This document shows positions 36,701 to 48,700 of a DNA stretch of 64,000 bases, in pieces. The notes beneath the pieces are model-generated. The model was given only the letters and a program-made list of their open reading frames with translations. It did not search any database and had not been told where the DNA came from. Each line of letters begins with the position of its first letter. Within the stretch, counting starts at the first letter, position 1. This stretch comes from Glaucostegus cemiculus (Eukaryota). A program made the translations under genes and the position numbers. The stretch is taken from positions 15,004,001 to 15,068,000 of the forward strand of contig CDPCPM010000037.1 of assembly GCA_976551045.1 (NCBI GenBank), read 5' to 3'.

Positions 36701-39700
36701 AGACAGTAAAATTGTACAAACTAAAACCCCTTCAATACCTCAACTCTTAATTAGTTTCCAACTCTTGCTTCATCCATCAGCACACTGACGATTAAAGGAT
36801 TTGAATCACTCATGTATTGTCCAGATGGTAATGAATTTTTTTTTTGCTCCTTGGAGCAGAGTATTTGTTGAAGAGATAGAATGAAATAATCTAATTCAAA
36901 TTAGCAGTAAATTTAGCACTGTGATTAAAGCTATAATCACAGTGCAAATTCCAGGAATTCAAATCAGAACATGCCAAGAAGTTGATTACAAGATAAACTT
37001 TTAAAGTTACAGTTGATGACAATTTTCATTTGTTCAACTTTCTGCAATTATGAGGAGCAGACATTTCTGTTAAAAAAGTGATTACTAGTAGCTGCAAATT
37101 ACATTTGGAAAGGGCATCACCTTTTCAGCCAGTACTAACATGTTAATGAACAATCAGCTGATGTGCTGAAAGAATCCCTCACATTGGCACACTATTTTTG
37201 ATTACAGAACCTTTAGTGGTTGGAACATTTGATGCTAAAGTACTGAATAGAAAGATGCAACTTCATTGAGTGCCCAATCAACTTCTACAGCTTTGATCTG
37301 AAAGCATGTTTAAAGCTTGAAAGTAATCAACAGCAGAAGCAAATTTTATCATCTACATTTGTTTTATTAACCACTGAGAGGAACAAAGATTTGTAATCAA
37401 CGAGGCAACTATGGCCACAGATGGGAAACGACGCACTAGTTCAAACTGCTGCATCCAATGGACACAACAGGGCATTGCTCCGTGTCCACAGAATTGTTCA
37501 GAATGGGGTACAATCAGAAGACATTCAGACTATTTGGTGAAGGTTTACATTTAAATCAAAAAGATTCAGTAACTGACATGGAGAAAATCCTAGCAAGCTC
37601 TAATCATCTTCACAGAATCATGAAGGGAAAGGGGCAACTGAACAGCAAGATGCAAAATAAAATGTTACCTGTCCCATCTTCAACATGCTCCACTTCCATC
37701 ACCTCCGTACTGATTCTTCCGCGGAAAATATACTGGGCACCATTCATAGACTTGGTGCGCTTAGTTGACTTTTTACCAGAAACCCTAAAACAAGAAAGGA
37801 AACGTGCATTTCCAGACATGATAACTCATTTCAATCATCAAGCTTAAAAATATAAATGTGGTGAATTCAAATGTTTAGCATGAGGGACAAGAGGAATACA
37901 GAGCTTCAGCTGGCCAAAATGCCTACTTTGATGTTGCTTCCAATTGGCTTGAAGCTTACCACAAGTTAAGCAACTGGTAATCAGAACTCAAGCTTTATAC
38001 GAGGGAAAATAAAAACCTCAAGTATTTCAAAAGGCATCAAAAAACATAGTACCCAATTCACAAACATGATTTCTTATCTCCATTAAGGCCATCAAACGTT
38101 CAAAAATCTCACTGAATGGCATTACCAACAAATCTAGAATTTGACAATATAAAGCCACTCAAGCACCTCCTTCCTAATACCCGCCTATGGCAAATCTTTA
38201 CTAGAGTATGCAGATCACGTTCATCAATTTTCCTTTATTGCTCATCAAGAATCTTCTAATACACCCGCATCTTCTACTCAAAGACAATTTAAATGAAACC
38301 CCTGGTTAATGGATGGTTCTTATCAATTTTATCACTTCACAGACATGAAATAAAATCATTCATTAATTGGACAATGCACAGGCAATTCATAATAACAACC
38401 ACTCAGAAATATCAAACATTCCAATGCACAATGTGCACCTTGGTTCGATGAGGCAACAATGCCTTTTGCTGGCAATATGTCAGAAGGAAATAGGAAAGGA
38501 TCAGCTGATCTTGCATAGATTGAGAAACAAAAGCCACATCAGCACAGCTGAAAATGTAGGGAAGTTCCCAATTTTCATTTCCAAGTCCTGTAAATGGTGA
38601 CGCAACTCGAAACTACGTTTCCTTCCTTCTATGATGATTCACAGCGCTTTCACCAAAAATGAAATAAGTGCCTTTCACTAGACAAAGCCATTAATTTACC
38701 AAGACAATCATGCACTTCATGATCACCGATCTCACAACTTGATGCACAACCCCAGGATCAGCATCTCCTGACTGAAGGGAACCTACAATTTCCCTCTGAT
38801 GGAACAGGACACATTCATGATATGTCACAGTAGGAACATTGGAAAAAAAATTATATCCCTGAGCTTCTAATGATATTTTATAACATACCGGCTGATCTAC
38901 ACTCACCTTTATCACATAGGCCTTAATAAATTTGGTTGATATAGATCTATCAGAGATCTAAAATTAATTGAATTGCCATCAACTGTCATGGGGGCAAAGG
39001 GTCCCAAATTCCTATAACCCTCGACACTCAAGTGTTTGTCAGCTTAAAATCTTTATCAAAATATTTAAACAATAAGCCCATCATTCTGAGATTCCACCAA
39101 AAATACATGTCTATTATCCACTTTCTATTCCACATAACAAATCAGCTAAAGTCCAAGAAATATGGATGTGTAATCTCCCCTCATAATTTAATATGTGGAG
39201 TCCCAATATCATTCCAAGTGTATTTTTCTCTTCTGTCAAGCTGATAAATCCTTCCAGTGCCCTAATCTCCAAGTATGGCCTGACCAGGGCTGACAGGCTG
39301 CATCACTAGATGTCACTCTCTTAAATAGGACAGCTAATGCACAAAATAATGAAATCTAAACTGCAGAATTGTGTTGCTGACTATACAAGCTGAACAGAAT
39401 TAATTTCATTATAATGTCAAAAAGTTAGCAATTCTTGCAATATTTCATGTTGTTATTTGACAAAGCTCAATCATGCCTTACCTGGACTTCCTTTTGCAGT
39501 ACACTAGCAAGTTATCAAACAAGAAGAACACACGTTCTTGAATGTTTCCAGCTGAGATTTTCAACAACGGACCTTGCTGCAGTAGCTCAGTACAAATATC
39601 TGTCAGATTTGAACCCTGGCCAAAATAAAATGAGAAATACCTCATAATTTTGATCTCACAACAGCTTATATGTAGTTATCAATATCTACATGGTGAAAAC

Positions 39701-42700
39701 CTGGAGCAAGTAGAATTGTCCAATTAACTTATTTTTTTTCCTTGCATTAATAGCAACTGAAAGGAACTTTCAAGAGGAAGCATATAATTGAATTTTCTCA
39801 ACCATAATCCTCAGCTAAACACCAACTTGCAATTTTTATATTTGGAAGATAAGGAAGAATGTGGCTAAGTTGCAAAATCCTCAGTCCCCTCTGAGTAAAC
39901 CCTGAAAATGGTACAACTAATTGCAGTATTTAAAAAAAAACCTGTGATATTTTAAATAATTTTGTTATCAATCCCGAAATCCTTCTGGAGAAAAAGAAGA
40001 TAAACAGATGGCCAAGACAACATTGTATTCTGCAGTTCCATTAAACAGGAAAGAATCACAGGCCTATATTGCATACTGTATGTATCTAAGACAATGGCCT
40101 GAATGTAAATATGGCATATACACGAGTTTTTAAACTATGAGCCACGCTGTGCATGCTACATATTAACATATGAATCTTCAGTTTCTCTTTTTCCAGTTAT
40201 GTCTTTTTAATTCATGAAACTTCAAGCTAATGACATAATAAACTTGTCAAAGGTCGTAATACTTAGTATTATGCTTCACCATTGTGACGACACTTTGCAA
40301 ATTTGAGCTCATCTAAAATGCTGCTGCCTACATCCCAAAACCTGTTCACTTATCACCCAAGATCTTGATCAGATAATACCTCAAATTCTAAAATTTGATA
40401 CTAATTTTCAAATCCTTCCAAGGCCTCACTTATTTCACCTCATGAATTGCAGCTTTCACTACTTCACCTTTAGCTATTGAGGTTTCAGTTGTTAAATTGT
40501 ACTGCATATCCTTTGTGAAGTGGGATGGCACAGCAAGACAGTGTTGCCATAGCACGGCTACAGCAGCTCAGGTTTAATCCTGACCACCAGTGCTGTGGTA
40601 TTTGCCATCTGCATGTTCTCTATGAACTGTGTAGATTTCCATTTGGTGTTCTAGTTCCCTCCCACATCCCAAAAATGTGCAGGTTGGTACAATACTTAGC
40701 CACGGTAAACTGCCCCTAGTGTGTAGTCGAATGAAAGAATCTGGAAGGAGTTGATGAGAACATGGAAAGAATAAAATGACTCCTTGATGGTCAGCAGAAC
40801 TGAAGGGCCAAATGGTCTGCTTCTGTTCTATGCAACTCTATGACAGGCAAATTACTGATGTTCTTTGCACCCGAGCACATTGCTCTTCTGCTTTTCCAAC
40901 TTACTCTACACCTTTAAAATGTTCCTTGAAATCCATCTCTCAGTACTTCTACAATATTTTATGTGGCTCAGTGATGACAATGCACAAAGAACTCTGAAGT
41001 GTTTTATGATTGGGACACCATACACATTAATGTAATCTTTGATTAATACATCTCACCACTTCTCATTTTTTCTTATACTTCATTTTTCTTGAGAAATGAG
41101 CTCATTATCTGGTTTTGATATGTTTCAATGCTATTCAATTTCAATTTGCCAGGAATAGAATAAGAGGGCTACATAACATTCTTATTATTTGAGAGGAAAA
41201 CTGAAATTCCAAAGGTTGTCAAATTTCTGTTGGCCTTAACACTTCTTGAAAGGCATGGGTTAATAAAAATAGCATCAATTACTATAGATTTGGGACCACA
41301 TCAAACCTCACTGCATTAAATTAATAAAACAATCAGGGCTTCAAATTTTCAGCTTTTGTTAGTTTTACTTTTTGCTGATCATCATATACCATGTATTTGG
41401 TCATTTGAAAGTATATTCAATTTTTAGCTTCTATAATAATTAAGTATTGATATCATTAACAATAATACCTGCACATTCAAAGGCAGTAACTGCTACCTCA
41501 TTTTTAATATCCTCGGCTCTACCCCCCCCACCCCAAGTTATTCCAACTGTGTCACTGATCAGTATATTCTAATATGACATGATGATAAACAAATGCATTG
41601 TCCATTACCCATGTATAATAGATGCATTTTGAAGGCAATACTGCTAAAATAAATGCTTAATTGATATTTCAAAATGTATTTTACACCAATAAAACTGGGT
41701 TCAGGCAAAAATTCATCTTTTGGATGAATTGTTTCCAGTTATTATTTGTTAAGCCTGAAGCAATCATCAACTGAAAGCAGTGGCTTCCACATGGTGTGTG
41801 ACTAAGTGAATCTGGTCAGCCTCAAAATACTCAGCATGATATTTTGCTGTCTGGTACTTATTCAAGACATTAGGCACTTCCTCCAGTCAGACAGTTACAT
41901 CATTTTTGCAGATGCTGCTAAGCAAAGGAACCAGCTGAAACATCAAAGGATTCCATTGTTTTGACAACAGAACATGAACAGCAGGATTAATAACTTTTCA
42001 GAAATAACTTCTACAAAAGCAAGGTACAAGTGCATTCACCTTGCTACTTTAAGACTGCATATTAATAACACATTGGCCCATGACAGTGCTGCACCTCAGG
42101 AATGTTGGGGAAGAACAACATTGAATATCAAGCTGATAGTAATATATAGCTAAAATTAATGTATTTAAGGTGCTGAAAGTTAAACATTTCCAAAGATAGT
42201 TTGAATTAGCAAGACAATGGCCAAGACAGTGGATGGAATCAAGTTAGTGACAGGGGAGTAGAACTAATGGCATTGCTCTCTGGGAACTGACATGGACCTA
42301 CAAGAGACTCAGATGCTCTAAACTGGAGCAAAATAAATTGTTGGAGGAACTCAGTGGGTCAGGCAGCATCTGTGAAGGCAAAGGGATGGTCAATATTTCA
42401 GGTCCTGATGCAGGATCTTGACCCAAAACGTCAACCTCCACAGATGCTACCTGACCCAATGGGTTCCTCTAGCAGTTTGTTTTATGGACCCTGTGGACCC
42501 AGTAGCATCTTTCTGGATCATTAAAAGAAATTTCTTCATTAAATCTACTTTAAAAAAAAAAGTGTTTTTTGTTTGGTATATGGTGAAATCCATCAGACGA
42601 GGCAGCAAGGACAGGACTTGCAAAAAGAAACTCTCATCCTGTCAGCCTAATTGTAGAGTTTTCACTAGAGCAACTGCACGTATTGAGTTTTTGTTCGGGA

Positions 42701-45700
42701 AAAAAAGCTGTAAAAATAAATACATGATTCAGAAAGGATTTCCCAAGTTAGAATGCAAGTATGTCTACAATTACAAGAATTAGGCACTTCTTTCTGCACA
42801 TCAGAACAACTTGGAAAATGGACTGTTAAACATATCAAAATGAAATCCTTTAACAAGGCTCTGTCATCTCCTCAGCCTTCCTAATCATACCTCCCATCCT
42901 TCAATTGATGACTGCAAGTGTTCCAAAGCTTCAAGTTTCTCCATCTGCCTCTTTGTTTCATTAATATTTGTACACACAGCTTTCATTGCTTGCAAGGCCT
43001 TCTCTACTGCCATGTTATCGCTGTGTTTTTTTGGAGTCCGTTTCAGCAGCTCCTGCAAAAATATAAACATTTTAATCAGAGACCAACACTTCTGAACATC
43101 ACAATTTAAAAAGAACACTGACAATTGTTTGAGAGATTTCTATTTGGATAATTTTCAGATTAAAGATGAGATCCAAGTTCATTAACAAATTCCATAGTAT
43201 TGATCAAGGGCAACATTTCTCATTGGTTCCACCAATTCTCCTTTTCGTTTCTTCAATCAGTTCAGTTTGCCCTCTTTTTTAAAAAAATATATTTTAGCTC
43301 ATTTCCATGCATTTACAATCACCAACAAAATGAAAGAAAATGAAATCAAAGTTTATAACTTTGAAATAAAAACTTATTTAAAGAGTCATCCTGGCATGTA
43401 CATGGAAGTCCCTCATCCAGAGGATGAATCTACCTACAAACAAGTCTCATAATATAGATGTCTATTTACTGGAACATAGAACCATAAACAAAACCCTGCA
43501 GTTTGTTGCCCAGTCCTAAATCAACACGGTCTTGCAACTATGTATGTGTTTTCAACATTCTGTACCACCTCCTTCTGTTTCCCCCACACATTTTGCAGGA
43601 AATAGTCTATGTATACAAGTTCAAGTTAGAGGGTCTTTGGAATTTGGAACCTATTTTGCGGGATCACTTTTCAATTGTTCCAAGAATACTGACTTAGAAT
43701 CAGAGGGAACCAGTTTAAAACAGAGATGAGGAGAAATTACTTTAGTCAGAGGGTGGTGGAGTTGTGGAATTCTCTGCCACATACAGCTGTGGAGGCTCAG
43801 TCAGTGGGGGCATTTAAAGGGGAGTTGGATAGGTACCTAATTAATCAAGGTATCAAGGGATATGGGGATAAGGCTGGAAATTGGGGATAGATATGTTATC
43901 TTTTCTCTTCTCATGGAGCAGACTCGAAGGGCTGAATGGCCTACTTCTGCTCCCTTGTCTTGTGATCTTGTGAATGTTTAGACCAGCTATTTCTTCTCCA
44001 AGGTACTCAAACATGGGGTCCTCCACTTTTACATTTCTGTTATTTTGAAGCTTGATTTAGCATTTCTCCTTTTATTTTTAAATAGAAGGCTTGATATCCT
44101 TGATATATTAGGACCAGAAATGGGCACGATATTTTATGGATGGTCAACAAGACAATCAAAACACAAGTAGACTACCTGGACCCTTGAGCCTACCTGTCAT
44201 TCAACATGATCTTGGCTGAACAGGCCAGGCCTCTACTCCTTTTCTTATATAGAGATCTTACAACTTCAAATGATTTATGACACAGCTAATTCCAAGAAAT
44301 TTTCTTTTCTCACCACGTTTCAAACTTTAATTAACTTTCCACTGTTCAGCTCAATGCCTGCATCGCAACCGAGACTCACTTACAGCCTGATTATTTATTT
44401 ACCTCCTCTAGCTATTAGCTTACAGTTGTTGTAATTAGGTGTCACTTACTGATCATTAAATCACATTTGCAAGTCAGTCCTAATTGTTCTGCATCTGGTT
44501 TGCCCATTTTATTGTCCATTCATTTTTTAATTTCTGTATTAAATTTGCAGTTGACATTCTGACCCAAGCCTCAAAATTCTCATATTGCAAACTACAAAAC
44601 ACCTAGCAGACAGTAAGTTCAGGTGAAACTAGATCTTTCCAGAAAAGGCAAGCCATGTCTGGTGTATTTGGAAGAGGCAGTGCAAATGTCCCCATGTGCC
44701 CACCTTTGGAACAAACAGACAATCATTTCAGGGTCTTTTTAGATGTGAATGGATGAAAATATCAAAACAAGTTCCTGATTTAGATCATGGGTTAGGTGGT
44801 GGGCAGGAATGCGTCTCCTCCTCCTTTGTGAAATCCATTGTAGCAATCTACAGTAATGTTTATCCAAATTAGAACGTGCACACTAATATTGAAAAAATAA
44901 TCAATAGGGAGGGAGGATGTCATCCTCTACATTGCAGAATATTGGAAGTGTTGTATACAAATGAAACAACTCTCCAGCATTTTTATTCTTGAATTTAGTT
45001 GCCACCTCACTGTTAAATAGAATACGATGAAACTGAACTATCTGCCATCCTGAAACAGTAGCCAGAAGACCGAATGCACACTCAATATTAACTCACTGAG
45101 GTGAAATTAGATCATACATTACAAAATGTGTGCATGAATGAAGGTTTGACATCGACCACATTGAAAGCTTTTCACAGGCCTATCTGAAGTTCCAACATCC
45201 TAGAGCTGTAGGTTGATCTAGATAGGATTTTTCAAAGCAATGAGAATCTTAGCCTTTAGCAAATACAGATCAGGAAAAATATCCAATACAAAGCTGGGGC
45301 ATTGTTTAAGATGCAAATGTATATGTTTGAGGATGGGGAAACAGTTTTCAAGAAAAAAGAAACTAGAACCAACTCAGCAGCTTTGGCAATTACCTTTTCA
45401 GTAAACTGTTAGTTGATGAACTTTAAAGGGTTAGTTATGTCCAGTAGAGCTTGCAGCAAGCTCTATAGATTTTAATGACCACCAGCTGCAAACAGCTGAG
45501 AAACAAAACCATTGCCTCTTCTGCCAAAATTACTAAAGACTAATCATACAATATTCAGCAAAACCTGGCACTGCAGTCCAGGGTTAAATAATTAAAAGGA
45601 GCCAACAGTTGCTGGCCCTGGGACATGTTATTTTGGGAAGCTCATGAACGCCGTCATCAGAGTGCCTCTTCACAGTTCGAAATCAAATTCATGATTTTCT

Positions 45701-48700
45701 GCTTAATTACAGATAAAGGAACTCAGCAGCAACTGAATTCAAACACAACATAAAAGCCAGAGAGTTGGTTTATTTATACAACACTTATAATATTTCCAAA
45801 ACCATCAGATGCTTCTACAATTATAAGCAGAATACCATGAAACCTCTGCGTGAGATTTGTTATACTTTAAGCATTACATTTCTGCCATAGTTTTCTAAAT
45901 GAGCTGCACTGAATGCACAAAAACTTGAAAGGGAAATAAAAATATTGCTTAACCCATTAGAAATAAGAGCTAACTGGCAAGTAATCTAAAGGCTTCAAAT
46001 GAATACCGATCAGCAGCTTTTTTTGGATATTTCAATTACACAAAGACTACATTAGAACCCAAATAAGGTCAGGGTGTTTGATAAAATACAGACAAAGTTT
46101 AGCACAAAATTATATTTTAAATGTTCCTGCTAAAGGAAATGCTTACAACTTAAAAGAAATTAATATTATTTTTTTGTTTTTCCAAGCAGCCATGAGATTC
46201 ACTTCCAATATGCTAACCCTGCTTCAGGAATGTGCAAGACAGAAGAATAAACCACAAAACTTAATCCTGTATTCTCAATAGCAACCGACTTGAAACTCAC
46301 CCAAAAGCTTATGCAGAATAACTATACCCACTTCAGGTTTCCTGTGACGTGCAAGTGTCACACTCAAATCCAGATGCTACTCGTGAAGTTTGAAATATAA
46401 ACTGTAAATACATTTCACTAAATTAACTACTGGGAGTCCTCATATCATGTAGGTGCTGACATCATATACCTTCTTCAATAGTAATGCAGATTTTGGAAGA
46501 ATATTTCCAATTGTTAATTCATTCTACAATCTTTACAAATTAATGAGTTCAAAGTAACTTCACTGGTCAGAGCACCAAGTATAAAACTTCTGAAGTCATG
46601 TTACAGTTGTGTATGTATGTATGTAAAAATTTGCTTTAGCCAAATTTACAGTAGTTCTGGTCACTGCATTACAGGAACAATATGGAGGCTTTGGAGAGGA
46701 TGCAGAAGAGGTTCACCATTTGTTGTCTGCAATAGAGAGGATTAGTTTTAAGGAGAGGTGAGACAGATTGTTTTCCCTGGAGTGGAGGCTGAGAGGTGAC
46801 CAGAAAGGAGTATATATTCATGGATAGGACCGACGGTCAGAATCTTTTCTTCCTCAGGATGGAAATGTCAAATACGAGAGAGTGCTCAAGTTGAGTGAGA
46901 AAATTTAAAGGTGATACAATAGCAACCTTTAAGAAACACTAAGACAGGTGCATGACTTTGTGCAGGCAAATGGTACAGTTTAGATTGTCATTGTGGTTGG
47001 CATAAACATTGTAGGCCAAAGGGCCATTTCCTGTGCTGTACTGTTCTATGTCCTATAACATTATTTTGCATTGCTAAGGCATTCTTATCAAGAAAATACC
47101 GATGCAGGTTAGCCTTTAATCAGGGAAGTGGGGAAAAAAACCCAAACAGGTTACTTGAACAGAGCTATTTTTTGAAGACACCTCATTTCCTGGATGTTAG
47201 CAGGTAGTATAGTTCAGCTGAATGAAACCAAGCTTACTCTGGACTTAATTCCCAAATTTTACTGCATCAAGAAACACCATACAAGCTGATAACCTCAAAC
47301 AGATGGTTGCTATTTGGTGAATTAGAAGTTCCACTTTTAATAATGAAGCAAAAAAAATGCACAGGTGGCATTAATTATGAATTACAAAAATCCTTGGCGC
47401 ATAGCATAAAGTTGTGTCCTCAACAATGAAAGCTTCACATTTCATTCTCCAGTCAAAAGTGAAAGCAATCTGACCTTCCAACAGCATCACTTTGAAGCTG
47501 AACCTCATCCCTGTTCTTCATTAATTAATGCCCCATTAAGCATTTAATGCTTCAGAAAAAACACAGAAGTGAAATAAACTACCCCTACAAGGGAAAGAGG
47601 GGTCAAACTCATCCACTTTTGCTATTTAGATTTTCATTACATTAGCCTACTACCTACACGACTAACCTGCTCCACAAGTATATGGAGTCGTGTTGGGGGT
47701 CAGAAAAATGAAGTAATTTTCGATAAACAAACATGAAGGACAGAAAAAGAAAAAAAAACTGTAAATGCAACACAAAGTATCAAAGATAACTTGGAATTTG
47801 GCATTGACTATAGACATAATAAAATTCCTTCTACACCAATTTTCAACACAGATATGCACAGCTAACTGCTCAAATAAGAATTGGAGCAACATTCTTTGGG
47901 TTTCCTTTAAAATGGTAGACCCAACTTGAACCATCAGCAAGCACCTCAACAGTACAAGATATTTCCCTCAGTGAAACATTAATTGAGAGAAACCTGGAAT
48001 CAAAGATATAGGGGTACCAATTGTAGAAGTCCTTTAACTTAATACAACTGGGAATAGTATGCATTCCTCACATTCTTGTGTTATATCAATACACCATGTA
48101 GAAACTTCAAATCACAGTGGGCTATATATCTGAATAATATTTCAGTAACAAAGAAATCACCCAATTAATCTCATCATAAATGTATTAACATCCCTAATTA
48201 TTGTTTCATCTCATGAGTACAGATAATGACTTACATTTGTCTTTCACCCTTTGTGTTGGCATGATTCTAGATTCAGGCAGGCAAACATTTTTAATGTCAA
48301 CTGGTGTGTTCTAGAAAAGGGTTACCAGAAGACACAAGGTAACTTTCTATGCTGTAATATATTGGAAAAAATTAAATCTAGTTTCTTGAGGCAAGAATCA
48401 ACTGTTACTTCAACTGCACCCAGACCAATTGTTACCCACAAACCAGATATGTATTCCTCTTTATAATCCATTTTCTCAGAGGGTTAGGTTGCTACAGGAA
48501 GTGCACATCTTTTGGTAACAAAGAAAAGCTGTTTCCTGATGCAAAGGTGCACCATTTAAAAAAAGACCTAAATTTTCTCTTTGCTTCTGAGAATTAAAAT
48601 TTTTCCTGAACTTTGATTTCTGAATGTTTGCAAGTTACCTGGATAGTAAAGTGCAAGCAACCATCGATAACAGATTCCAGCACCAATAGTAAATCATGCC

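Noticed and set aside
39565-39575. Proline in PH strand 1 (QGPLLK)
   Set aside because: G-P-L is common at this position in PH domains, so it is not evidence of damage.
43050-43055. CAGGAG NAGNAG acceptor at exon 6
   Set aside because: A distal GAG acceptor is rarely used, and the sequence alone gives no evidence of use.
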